From positions 44,640,001 through 44,704,000 of the forward strand of contig OZ024740.1 of the NCBI GenBank assembly GCA_964016885.1: a stretch of 64,000 bases of DNA. The letters are read 5' to 3'. The position numbers and the translations under genes are program-made. Under the pieces are notes generated by a model. The model was not told where the DNA came from, searched no databases, and was given only the letters and a program-made list of their open reading frames with translations. Below, in pieces: positions 24,201-36,484 of this stretch; position 1 is the stretch's first letter, and every line of letters starts with the position of its first letter. This DNA comes from Eledone cirrhosa. Its lineage: Eukaryota.

Positions 24201-25141
24201 TTAGGAGTAGAAACCTCTGCATGGCAAATATGTGGCCCATAGCAAACAAGCTGATGTTGACCAAAAACACACCCATCAGTGGCTACGTAGTTCAGGGCTA
24301 AAGGCGGAGAGTGAAGGCTTCATCTTAGCTGCCCAAGATCAAAGCTTATTGACTCGTAATTACCAGGCCAATGTGATGAGAAACAGAATAAACCCAAAGT
24401 GCCGATTCTGCAATGCTGGGGTTGAAACAGTGGATCACTTAGTCTCTGGATGTAAAGTTTTAGCACCAGTAGAATACAAATATAGACATGACAGAGTTGG
24501 CCAATATCTACACTGGGTAATATGTCGGCATTACAAAATCAAAGCTGAAGACAAGTGGTACAATCATCATCCTGAGGCTGTAACTGAAGGAGAAAAAGTA
24601 ACAATTCTCTGGGAATTTCCTGTACATACAGACAGGACCATAAAAGCAAAGAGACCTGACATCATTATAAAAGATCAACATAACAAGGTCTGTTTGTTGA
24701 TAGATATGAGCATCCCATGTGATCACAATATCGCGGCAAAAGAATTTGACAAGCTACGAAAATATAAAGATCTGCTTATTGAAATTGAGAAAATGTGGCA
24801 CCTTAAGGCCGTTACAGTACCAGTGATTGTGGGAGGACTGGGAATGATCAAGAAAGGAACAGAACAATATTTGCGAATGATTCCTGGTTTACCCTCTCTG
24901 CACGAGGTGCAAACAATTGTTTTGACTGGTACTGCAGACGTATTGAGAAGAGCACTATCTCTGTAAGATTGATATCCCTCCTTGTATTTACATATGCATA
25001 TGCACATGTGTATATATGTATACTGGTTTTTTTTTATTATAATCAATGTGCTGTATTAACTGGCTTACCAATGCACACTGTGAATTTATTTGCCCTAGGT
25101 GTCAGGAAGACACTCGACATATATCTCAGAAACAATGAAAG

Positions 25142-25180
<39 letters not shown>
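21259..25180 (+). mobile_element. Near full-length, degenerate R4/Dong-type RLE LINE (family B)
   Basis: Colinear ORF pieces: RMKWTRE N-terminus; KSPGRD, NYRPITCL, EQKGC, WIDYKKAFD, GIFQGDSLSPL, YMDD; then CRFC..HLVSGC, RHD, RPDII..IDMSIP..KYKDL. Many stops and frameshifts; (AAT)n tail. Confidence 0.92.
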
Positions 25181-25182
<2 letters not shown>

Positions 25183-26178
25183 GATTTCTTTATTGGCCAC
25201 AAGGGCTGACATCAAGAAAAACATTACAGATGGCACAGGACGGTATGATGTAGGTTTTGTTTGTGTAAAGATTTTTATTATTTATATAAGAAAAGAAAAA
25301 GAAAAAGACAGAAACATATATATATATAAACAATAAAAATGAAAATTGAAACAATGAAAAATTCCCCAATAGGGGGAAACCTCCGAGGGTTACTCGTGGC
25401 GAAAACCACACAAAAGACCACGGCCACCCTGACGACCAGGGCAAGCGCCCTCTCTCAATTTTTCCATTTCTCAAACTACAGACGTATATTCAAAGCGGTC
25501 CCATTCACTCGGACCATTCTCGCTACATTCACTCACCTTTCAACAAACTTGCTAGAAGACAGCACTTGCCTCTCCACCCTGACTTTTCTGTTCAAGTGAA
25601 ACCTGAAAAAGTTAGTTAGGGATTCGCCGAAGAGGAAAGTATCTGTCTTTAACCCTTTCAACCTTGTCCACCACACAATCTCTTTCGCCATGGCCACCAG
25701 GCAGATGAAAACCGCCTGCCCTTCCTCCTCGAAGGAAGACGGTGAGACCATCTGCACAATGGACTCAGTCGATAACCGGATCAGTCCTACACGCGACAAC
25801 AACTCTTCGACATAGCTCCACAAGTCAGCAATGCTCGGACACTGAACGAGTGCATGCACAACGGTTTCGTCGCTCTGCGCGCATCTCGGACAAGCTCAGC
25901 TGACGGCACTTCCGTGCCTGTAGAGCTTATCTCGAACCGGCAATGCTCCCCAGTAGCACTGCCAGGCCAGGGATTTTGGGAAGTTATCCATAGACCCTGG
26001 GCTGAAAGTTCTCCGGAAGAGAGCAAACAGCTGATCTTCTTCGACGCCCAGGATCTCTCCGAGAACGTCGTCACTCTTCCCCTCCACTAGTCCTCTATAG
26101 AACGCCGAGGTGGATGTTCCACCGATACTGGTGCAGAGGGCAGTAAGTGCCTGGAGACATTCCAGTTTCCAAGCGCTA
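25181..26178 (-). mobile_element. Second Tx1-family copy, 5'-truncated (ORF2 C-terminus and 3'UTR), diverged subfamily
   Basis: Colinear with 11904-12880 (HALVQCPSIADLW, AMAKEIVWWTRLKG). (AAT)n on both sides. Confidence 0.9.
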
Positions 26179-26192
26179 TAGTAATATTAATA

Positions 26193-26225
<33 letters not shown>

Positions 26226-26257
26226 TAATAATAATAATAATAAATAATAATAATAAT

Positions 26258-26450
26258 CTCAAAGTTTCCAAGGATGGTTAAAGAAGATTAGTCCAGCCCC
26301 GCTTTTTGGAACACTTCAAAAGGCATGCTTGCTGGGAACAGCAAGAACCCTCTGACATGTCCTGAATATCTGAGGCTGCAGGTAGCGGCTTGATATTCAT
26401 TTTAACAAACTTTCCAGTTAAATAACATCAATGACTGAGACTCAAAGAAC

Positions 26451-26487
<37 letters not shown>

Positions 26488-26499
26488 TTAATAATAATA
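26258..26499 (+). mobile_element. R4/Dong family A extreme 3' fragment
   Basis: Near-identical to 18910-19120; flanked by (AAT)n. Confidence 0.88.
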
Positions 26500-27572
26500 A
26501 GATCATATTCCATTACAAAAGATGCACAAAGATACAGTAATGGACTACAAATTTCAGAAGTCCCATTTACTGCTGAAATGGAAAACACAGAAAAAGCAAA
26601 GCAGGTAAAAGTAACTGCAAAGAATGAACTGCTACAGATACTGGCTAAGAAATGGCAAGAAAACCCTCTGTATGGAAAATACCCAAGCGAGCTAACAATC
26701 CTGATGTTGACAAAACTTTAACCCATCAGTGGTTGGCATCCTCTGGACTGAAATCAGAGACTGAAGGACTGATTATCAGCACAAGATCAGTGTCTGCCAA
26801 CAAAAAATTACCAAGCCAACATAATAAAAAATGGATGCAGCCCATTATGCCGTGTATGCAAAAAACAACCAGAGACCATTGACCATATAATTTCAATGTG
26901 CAGTCCTATAGCTCCAACCGAATACCTAAACAGGCATGACAGAGCTGCACAATACATACATTGGATATTGTGTAAACATTTTGACCTGCCCCATCAAAAG
27001 AATTGGTGGGAGCATCAACCACCTCCCATACTTGAAAAAGATCACATCTCAATCTTGTGGAACTTTAGCATCCAAACAGACCGAAAAATAGATGCAAATA
27101 GACCTGATATAATATTGAAGGACTTTAAAAAGAGGGTATGCCTGCTAATTGATATGTCTGTTCCAATAGACAAGAATGTATCTATAAAAACATTTGAAAA
27201 ATTGAGCAAGTATAAGGACCTGGAGATAGAAATTGGAAAAATGTGGAAATTGAGAACTAAAACAATACCAGTGGTTGTAGGCGCTCTGGGAATGATACCT
27301 AAGGGGTCTAATGATTACTTATCGCAAATCCCAGGAAACCCGCGTATAGGAGAAATACAAAAGATAGTACTAATGGGAACTGCCTATATACTAAGAAAGA
27401 TTCTGTCAATATAAGTACATCACAAGTCTAAACACTAAAGATGTATGTGTGAGTATGTATGTTCTTTCTTGAACATGGCGGACCTTGTTGTCTCTTGAGG
27501 TCACTGGTTGTGACTTGGTGATAACTCGTATGAACATAAAGCAAGATAAATGCAACTGTAATAATAATAATA
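26500..27572 (+). mobile_element. R4/Dong-type RLE LINE 3' fragment (family C)
   Basis: HQWLASSGLKSETEG, CRVC..ETIDHIISMC, RHD, NRPDII..IDMSVP..EKLSKYKDL; (AAT)n at both ends. Confidence 0.88.
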
Positions 27573-27576
27573 AAAG

Positions 27577-28390
27577 AATTGTTCCACAGTGCAAGAGGGG
27601 CCAAGCTTCTAATTTCAGATATAATTCTATCTAAAATCCTTTTACTAAGTCTACCTAAATCAGACTTTGTAGGGTTAATTAGCCGAATAGAGGTTGTTGG
27701 CGAAATTGGGTTTGTGACCCTTCAGGGTAAAGTGGGAAGAAATAGGGACCAGAGGTTCAGTCCGGTCCTGGATGTTGAGATCAGAGGTGATTTTAAACCC
27801 AGTATTGTTGAGGTCATTAATGACACTCCGATTAGTTTTACGGTAATCCTTAGTTACAGCATTATGTAGCAGTTGGTGGTAAGTATTGCGCTTCACTTGA
27901 TATAGATTGCCAGTTTTGTCGGAGTGGACGTGCACGGCATTAGAATGCTTAATAGAACGAATTCTATTCTTCAGGTCCTGCTGGAAGGAATTGCTCCTAT
28001 TCCGAATGAAAATATGCTCGTTTGTAGATAGACGGGAAAGCCTCAAAGAAACGTTTCTTACCAGGTTCTTGGTTATGCTGGCAGGATGATTAGAATGCTT
28101 ACTTATGTAATTAAGCGTATCGCTCACGGTGGTTAAGGATTTCGAAGTTGATGTCATCCTCAATGCCCGTAAGTCGGTGATTAATTTTGACGACTTTATT
28201 TGGATTAAAAAATCTAATAGTACCCCATTCGACGTGAGTATGGGCGCCAGCGATTCTGCGGAGGTTACTAATCTTATCGGCATTTTCCTTCTTTTCTCTA
28301 TCAAGGAAGAATTCCCCAACGTGGGCGGTGGCTTGTACCGTGATGACGGCCTTTTGACCATGACTAAGTGCGACCCACGCGCTTGCGAAA
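27577..28390. mobile_element. Rearranged Penelope-like element RT fragments
   Basis: Minus strand: SDKTGNLY..TLKGHKPNF..RLINPTKSDLG and YISKHSNHPASITKNL. Plus strand: FDVSMGASDSAEVTNLIGIF..GLYRDDGL. These are PLE-type RT motifs. Confidence 0.82.
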
Positions 28391-28484
28391 GTACACATAT
28401 ACACACCCTACATACATGCAAATCCGCATATACACACAAACGCAAAATACACGTAACCATATACACATGTACCTGTACTAATAA

Positions 28485-29045
28485 TCTATTTAGGTGGTTC
28501 GTGGAGACGTTCTCTGGCAATGAACGGAAAAAAGCGAAGATAATATGTCATTATGTGGACCAGTAAGAACAATTACACGCAAAGACAAAACCACGTTTAT
28601 GGTATAAACAGAGTCGTAGACTAAAATTCTATTTAGGAAACCGAATGATTCTCGGCTTCAGAGTTAGGAATAATGTAAATAAATTACAGAGGTTAGGGAA
28701 CGTCTCCACGAACCACCTAAATAGAATATTAGTCTACCACTTCATTTATACCATAAACGTGCTTTTGTCTTTGCGTGTAATTGTTCTCACCGATCCAAAT
28801 AATTGTTTCTACTTTTGGCACAAGGCCAGCAATTATCCCAGTGTATTACTGGTACTTTATTTTATCGACTCCGTAAGGATGAAAGGCAAAGTTAACCTCA
28901 GCGGGATTTGAACTCAGATTATAAAGGGCCGTAACTCTTTGCTGCAAAGCATGGCGTCAGACCCTCTTCCGATACTGCCAATTCACTGTCTTATATTATC
29001 TTCTCTTTTTTTCCGTTCATTGCCAGGGAAGGTCTCCACGAACCA
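28485..29045. repeat. Inverted repeat (probable PLE terminal structure), one arm interrupted by a SINE
   Basis: 28495-28637 is the reverse complement of 28716-28800 joined to 28991-29044. Confidence 0.75.
28801..28990 (-). mobile_element. SINE family 1 copy, full length
   Basis: Homologous to 1571-1752. Confidence 0.85.
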
Positions 29046-29182
29046 AAGTATCATATTCCCGTTTTCCTTCGGTTGCAACGTTTTTCGAAATATTTACTTC
29101 TGCGTTCATAGATTGATTTTTTTAGTTTCCCATTAAGGGTGAAAGCAGCGATTCTTTGCGTAAACTTTAATCTGTTATTTTA

Positions 29183-29242
<60 letters not shown>

Positions 29243-29859
29243 ATATAATTTTTTTAAATGCCACTATACTGATCATGTTCAACAGTAGCACTGGATTCAA
29301 CTTGAGTTCTGTGATAATTACCCTAGTTGAGAGTCGTCCATTGATGATGGACAAAGCTATGCACCTTCCTAAAATATGAATCTAGATTTGTTTGCCATCT
29401 TTTTCTGTTTTTCTCTTTAATTATAAAGTTCTTGTTGGGTTTAGAATCTCTGCATGTCATTAGAGACAGCTAAAAGTATTGGTGCCATGAAAGGCATCTA
29501 CAGGTAAAACATTATTTCAAAAAGTACCCCATAGCACCCACAAGGCTAATCTTTGCTTTGACAAAGAAAATGTCCTTGCAACAACAATCCATTATCAAAT
29601 TAATTTTGAGGAGTCCATTTTATTATCTTCCCAACTTTGGTCTATGTGCATTTGATATATTCACAACACATTCTGGTTAATTTTTGGTCTATGTGTATTG
29701 AGGTGTACTGCCAAATATGCTAAAACTTCAGTCAAAATCCCTGTTACTCCCTTCTTATCAACAGGCAATTCTAGGATATCATCTTCTGTAACTGCCTCTA
29801 ATCCAACATTCCAACCAACTATGAAACTTCTTGTATGATTGCAGTGCTCTATTCCATCA

Positions 29860-30960
29860 TCCTAAATCCGGAAATCACACCTTGACTTAGGTAGGATATC
29901 CTTCCAAAGAGCATTTAAGCAGTTTGTAATTAACTTTTCCAAGTGATATCAGTAAACTGGATGGCATTTAAAATGTTAAATGGGCACCAGTTATTTTTTA
30001 AAGCCGTATCTAGGTTTGTACCTAACACATTGACCATATTCATAAAAGATTTCTGCCATGAAAATCACTTTTGTACCGTGGTCTATAGGTTGTACACCAG
30101 ATGATGTGTTTGAAGCCATGTAAAATATGACTATTTTAAGCTTTGTTAGATCTCCATCAAGATTTGGATGTTGATCAGGAGTGTGGGTTGCAATACATTT
30201 TCAATGCAGAAATTGTATACAACAGCTATATAAACCATGCTCCCAGTATATGCTGTAAAGTGGTTGGTGTTAGGAAGCATATCTAGCCATAGAAACCAAG
30301 CCAAAACAAAGTTTATGAGCAGGACCTAGTCTCCTGACTGGTCTGGTCTCAGCATGTGAGAGCCATCTAACCCATGCAAGCATGAAAAATAGATGTTAAA
30401 AAGTAGCAATGATGATGATGATGAAAGCAATTTTGTTTGTACATCAATCCAAGAACAATTCTTTTGTGACCCACACCTCTTCTTTGACATCCAATAAACA
30501 ACTAATTATAACTTATTTAAGTATTTCAATGTACCAGGTACATCATCAGCAATACTTAAGAGTTCTTGAAAGTAGAAATATTAGTTTATCCTTGACAACT
30601 TTATACCCCAGTGTAGGCTTTTCTTCAATGGTCATAAACGTCCTTGTAATCCTTTTCTTCAAATATAACCCTGTCTTGTCTACATTTAAAATAAGATCCT
30701 CAGGATATACATTGCTCTGTGTAATGACTTGAAATTCCGCAGGGAATGTTTTAGCTATTTCTATATCCAGATTTAATGACTCATCACTTATCTTAACAGT
30801 ACAACATCTAATGCCATACTGCATGTAAATATTACATATACACCCTCTTTCAGATCAGCAAAAATAGACTTTGTCTTATCACAAACGATAACTGTTTTCC
30901 TGGTTCTAGTTTTTCACAGACAATGCTGATAATTTCTCCATTTTTTCCAGTAATTTTCTC
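29860..30960 (-). pseudogene. pogo/Tigger-family DDE transposase remnant
   Basis: YPEDLILNVDKTGLYLKK..RTFMTIEEKPTLGYKVVKDKL resembles the DETG motif region. ~30070-30135 translates as MASNTSSGVQPIDHG, resembling PPNTTSLIQPMDQG. Interrupted by an RTE tail. Confidence 0.75.
30235..30423 (+). mobile_element. RTE 3'UTR fragment inserted in the pogo remnant
   Basis: TGTAAAGTGGTTGGTGTTAGGAAG..CTAACCCATGCAAGCATGAAAA..(GAT)n. Confidence 0.7.
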
Positions 30961-32511
30961 TGGTAGTTTGCTACAGTGAACTAAATATTTTCTTTGGATT
31001 CTTCATAATTGGAGGCAAATTCATTACCTTACAAACATTGGGTTGGTACTTATCAACTTCAACTTGGGAAGGGAATATTATTTTATCTTCTCGATGATTT
31101 CTTGACAGTTTGTTCACTTGGAATCAATAATTCTTTTATATCTGCTAATTCTGCTTTTTGTGTTTTATTCTTATGAAACAGTCCTTGTTGTCAATCAGTG
31201 AATTTAGCACAGCCTATACATATATATAGGAGGAAGTGAATTGTCAGAACCATTAGAATGCTGGTTAGAATGTGTGCAATATTCGTTCTGATTCTCTGCA
31301 CTCAAATCTGAGTTCAAATCTTGCCAAGGTCAATAAACAAAGTACCACTCAAGTACTGGGTATTATATTTAGCAGCCGCAAAATGATGAAAGACAAAACT
31401 TATCTTCATGGCATTTGAACTCAGAGTCCAGAGATCTGAAACAGATAGTGCAAAACATTCTCTCCAAACCCCTAATTTTCAGGAATGGCTCCACCAAATC
31501 TAAACTATATTTTTTAAGGAATGTATTAAATTATGCATTAAGCAGTCAAAATATATGATAAATACATATACCATATTGGATTAACAAAATACCAAGAGAA
31601 AGTGTATGTAAATATACACATTTAAGTATATAGATATGAACATGTCATATTTTTTGTATTTTGAAACATGTCAGGTTTATGTATTTATGTAGGTTGAAAA
31701 AATGATGAAAAGCTTTGATTTTCAGCACTTATTGAATCATGTCATAAAGATTTGTAGCAGAATGATAGTCGTGGTCGCCAGTGTGGTAGAATGATGGTAT
31801 CCTCGTTGGATTGTCTTGTCGACATAGACGTGAGGAAAGGTCCCTCGTCTATTTACCATCTTTGTATTTACAACATTCCTTTCGTCAGGTCGCCAATTCC
31901 AGCAGCATGGATTATATATGTCATTGAGACACGAGTAACATAATAATGATTTCAACAGCAGAAATTAGAGATGAAATGTATGTTTATTTTTGTTGTAGCA
32001 CAAACAATGTTTGTTAATTTATATGGTTGAAGTTACACATAAAAAGAGGTTACAAAAGGGAATGTGCCATTGCGCCGGAAAGCCGGCAGGCTAGGGTGAA
32101 AAATCTCACCGTCACATTGTACGTGTTGCTGGTTTGAAGTTCCTGGTGCGAGAGAGAGATTTTTCAAATCTTTTTGGGTAATCTCTCCCTCAGGGCGCGT
32201 AGGGATACATCCTCTTCTACTGGCGCTGATTGGCTGGACTGAGCCAAATCACGCACAGAGAATGTATGTGAGCCCGCGGAATGTAGGTCACTACAGATTT
32301 AAACTCAACACATATATCTATATTCAATGTGTATATCTATATACACACAAAGTCTCATTTAATCCTTATTGTATCTGCACAGATATGAAGGAATGTCACA
32401 GTAACCTAACTACTAGTATTGCTGCTAGTCACAATACTTACAGATAGACTTTGCCTTCGTCTACAACTGGTTGCAATTAATCCAAGACATCAGCCTTGAT
32501 TTTTTTCTTAC

Positions 32512-32719
32512 AAACCAATCTGCAGGTATCACAACACTGGTATATCTGGTCACATTACACCATAAACCTATCTGCAGATAACACAGTGCTAGTACATTTG
32601 GTCACATTACACTCTAAACCAATCTGCAAGTGTTACAACACTAGTACATCTGGTCACATACCATAAACCTATCTGCAGATGACACAGCACTAGCACATCT
32701 GGTCACATTACACCATAAA
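32512..32719. repeat. Minisatellite, ~52-bp unit x4, alternating A/B variants
   Basis: Unit AAACC(A/T)ATCTGCAG...CTAGTACATCTGGTCACATTACACCAT. Confidence 0.85.
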
Positions 32720-33252
32720 TCATTGTTGGTGAAATAAAATGTTCTGTTGTACCAGAAAAACAATTTTAAAAAAGGCTTGGTGTTACAAAAGAGTAAACTT
32801 TTGAAGTATGTGACCTCAACTTAATATATGTAACTGGTCAGCTATATTTAAAGCAAAATATATTGAACAGATTTGCATTCAGATATAGCAGCAACATGTA
32901 GATTCTTGAGTACCTTCATTCCAAGCAAAATCAATAGTTAAAAGCCAGGTGATAAAGCTAGAAATGATAATAAAGTGTAATACTCCAAAGATCAAACAAA
33001 AGTATACAAAAAAGCCACTCAAGGCTACTATCATGCCTAGAAAATATAATATAATGTGAAACTAAGGAACAAACTTATATTTAATTGTGGGGAGGGGCTA
33101 ACATAGCTAATGTAGGGATCCCTTCATCTTCACTAAATAAAACTATTTTGATCAATTACACTCAAAATAAAAAGAACTTTCTTTCTAAAAGGGCAAGGGA
33201 GATAATTACACAATCCAAAGAAGTGAGACTGATATTTAAATAATAACGAAAT

Positions 33253-33400
33253 TATTGCACTGGGTAATTGCTGGCCTTGTGCCTAAAGTAGAAACAATTA
33301 TTGTGTAAAGTGCTCAGGTGCACTACAACAAAAGAGTCATGCCTATCTGTAGTCTGTAGTCTGTGATGTGAATGGATGCATCTCACGGTATTCACTATTT
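33253..33400. mobile_element. SINE family 1 tail (+) joined tail-to-tail with a CR1 3' end (-)
   Basis: GCTGGCCTTGTGCCTAAAGTAGAAACAATT followed by ATTGTGTAAAGTGCTCAGGTGCACTACAAC, the reverse complement of 38110-38140. Confidence 0.65.
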
Positions 33401-33527
33401 CCCTCTCTCTGTCTATGTATATGTATATACATACATGTGTGTGTGTATTTATATCTATGTATCCATCTACACTCACACAGGCATATATATATATATATAA
33501 AAACTGAAAAAGGTTACATGTACCTCT

Positions 33528-33587
33528 TGACCAGGATTGAACCCAAGGCCAGGATCTCCACCGTCTCTAGTACCTACCGTTAGGCCA
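33528..33587 (-). mobile_element. tRNA-like Pol III head, probable third SINE family remnant
   Basis: A box TGGCCTAACGG and B box GGTTCAATCC; no complete cloverleaf. Confidence 0.4.
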
Positions 33588-33754
33588 CAGAGACAACTAC
33601 TATTTGGTGAATATGTTCAAAATCCAGGACATGTTTCCTTCCTTTCAATCTGAAACTTAGTCTTATCATTATTTACCAGATCCTAGAATGATTCGGAATA
33701 TATAAATGTGTGAAGAAAGATATATTTATTGATTATTGATCTTACAATAATAAT

Positions 33755-33848
33755 AATTGTTTCTACTTTTGGCACAAGGCCAGCAATTACCCAGTGTATT
33801 ACTGGTACTTTATTTTATCGACCCCATAAGGATGAAAGGCAAAGTTAA
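33755..33848 (-). mobile_element. SINE family 1 3' half
   Basis: Homologous to 1571-1660. Confidence 0.8.
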
Positions 33849-34329
33849 TAATAATGACATGGAAAAATAGTCCCACATCATTATGGAAACAGCCAGCATG
33901 CAATAATTTGACCAATGAGAAATTGTGGTGCATCATAACTCCCCCCTCTCTTTCTCTCTTTTCAATCTAGAAGAAGAAGATGAAGGAGACAAAGAAGAAG
34001 ACAAAGACAACAGCAAAGACAAAAACAAAGACGAAGAGGAAGATGAATATGAAGAAGAATGATGACAGTGATAATGACAGTGGTGGCGGCATTGACAATG
34101 AAGAAGAAGAAGAAGCAGTTCAATAACATATCTCCATCATCGAATGTAATACAAGTACAAACACATACACACAACAGTACAAAGCGAAGTCAATGTCTTT
34201 GCCAGACTTATATAAAAAGTTTTTAAGACCAACCACTAAATATCAAGTTATCTTTTGGTATAACCCTAGTGGGTGTAATTTGTTTATACAGACCAAATTC
34301 CAACCAGAATTCTGAAGGAATCTTTAGTT

Positions 34330-35230
34330 CCTCTAGTTCCCTATGAGCAATGGGGTATCTCCACCCAGTGTGGTCACAAGCCTTGTCATAAATCTGCTCT
34401 CAGGGATATTGGAAGAAATTAGCCAGAACTGTGCCATGTATTATATCTGTACATTGCTTGCAATGTTTTTACAAACCATTGGCAGATTGCCTCAACTTCA
34501 ATTATTCTTATAGATAAAAGTAATTTCAGATCTGATCTATCAAAATCAGTGGTCTGTAAACAACTGCAACACAACCTTATCTCTTGAAGGCACTCCACTC
34601 TCCAGCCAAACCAGGCACAAGAAAAGTTATTAGCAATGTAGTAATGGCTCACTTTAAGATACTGTCATTATGAAAATGTGGGTGGAAAACTTGAAGGAGA
34701 CATTTGAGCTCTCAAAGTGAAAAGCAATGGTTTTATTAAAGTCCATGAAAGTTTGCATTGAACTATGGGAATTGTAAGCTTTATAAGAAAATAATCTTGA
34801 GATTCTGATGCTGCAGAATGTATTTCTACAGTAAGTAACTGAGCAGTACAGAAGATTGCAGTCAGTACTATGAAAACTGTCACGCATGCTGAACAAATAA
34901 GCACAAGCCTGAAGCATTTTAGAGTACATTTGTCTATCATGCTGAAATGCTTCACAAATTTCATTCAACAAGCTCAGTGTAGTGCAAAAGAAAGCTCCTG
35001 TGACCATTTATATTGGTGGAGCTTCTGTTGCTAAAAAGTTTGTCATCCACAGCTTATATTAGTGGAAAGAGCTTGTTGCAGCAACAGTGGTCTGCAAAAT
35101 GCACACAGATCACAGTAGATCAGAGTTTATGTGAATGTTGCTACAGGCATGTGAAAGATGCTGTTTTACGTGAAACAAACATCTAGAAATTGTCTGGCAT
35201 TCCTGCCATGACCACTCTGAATATGATGCC
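34330..35230 (+). pseudogene. Highly degenerate DIRS/Ngaro-type tyrosine recombinase remnant
   Basis: With frameshifts: LEG..AKPGTRK (~34585), then KFVIHSL..SG...AA.SGL..H.R..YRHVKD..KLSGI (35036-35201). This resembles the HSLRSGGA..AAN.G..HGRW..YVKD C-terminus of retrotransposon YRs. Confidence 0.45.
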
Positions 35231-36289
35231 AAAAAAGAACACAGTGTTACTTTATCCTGTATATTTCACCATTTTTAAGATTTGTATCCAGATATAGCAG
35301 CAGCATGTAAAATCTTGAGTACCTTCATTCCAAGTAACTCAATAATAAAAAGCCAGGTTATAAAGCTGGAAATGATAACAAAGTATAAAACTCCAAGGAA
35401 CAAATAAAAGTATTCTTAAAGACAATTTAGATGCAGTTTCTTGTATGTAGAGGTTCTTTTGCTGGTTTGTTTGTTTATTGATAACAAGTGTCATTTATAG
35501 TTAGCAGGAAATGTAGGATTTGTTATTGATGACATCACTACTTGTTTTCATCTTTAGACTATTATTATTGGCTTTTTTCACACAAACAGAAAGTATTTTT
35601 TGTTTGTGATTAGTATACATTTTCTATGTGCTAAATTTTACTTTGTGTTGTACAATTAACATACAACTTACATTAATAATCTTATAGTTTTGTCAGAATT
35701 CTATATATGATGCTTATGTTTTAGCTGATGTTTTCCCACCAAGTTTTGTTTTTATGTTTTATGATGTAAAGTCAAGTAAACAGAGAGAAAATGTACCTGA
35801 ATCAGCAATGTAGCAGTTAGCGTAATAAAGTTTGTTCCGTTTGTATTTACAATTATATTTCTTAATTACATTGGTTATTTGTATCATGTTCATGGTCTAG
35901 CAGACTTGTGGTTTATTATTGATGAAAAGGTGTTTAATGTTGGTGTTTTTATAGTATACTATTTATTTATGATTGGGTTTAATGCATTTTGTGCACTGTA
36001 TCTTGTGAAAGTCTGATTGTTTATTCTACAGCTAGTGTGTATTTGGGTCTTGCAATACCTTTTATGTTTGGTTTGTTTATTTTCACTAGGTCTAGTGTCT
36101 GGTGTATTTACTATATTAAATATTTTCCTGTGTTGTTCTATAACTTGGTCTTCTAGTTTGCATTTAATCTCATTGTAAGCATAGTGCTTCCTTTGTGGAG
36201 ATCAAAACAAAGTAGAAAACAACTCAACTGTCCTAAAATTGCATATCTACAATGGTCTAAATAATTACATAGTAATACAACAACACCAG

Positions 36290-36328
<39 letters not shown>

Positions 36329-36484
36329 CTTATTGGCAACATGACCCTCCCAAAGTATAACAATATATATATATTGAGGTTTAAAAACTTAACATATTTA
36401 ATCCTTTTACACTAAAGATAATGGTACTTTATCGCACCTAGGAGTGAACCTTTTCTGAAAAAAGATTGACATAATATAATACTA

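Noticed and set aside
27675-28520. 281-aa ORF as a novel gene
   Set aside because: It is a fusion of antisense sequence and two misordered Penelope RT segments.
32073-32094. Helitron 3' end (hairpin plus CTAG)
   Set aside because: CTAG is followed by G rather than T, the spacing is short, and no 5' TC end or second copy was seen.
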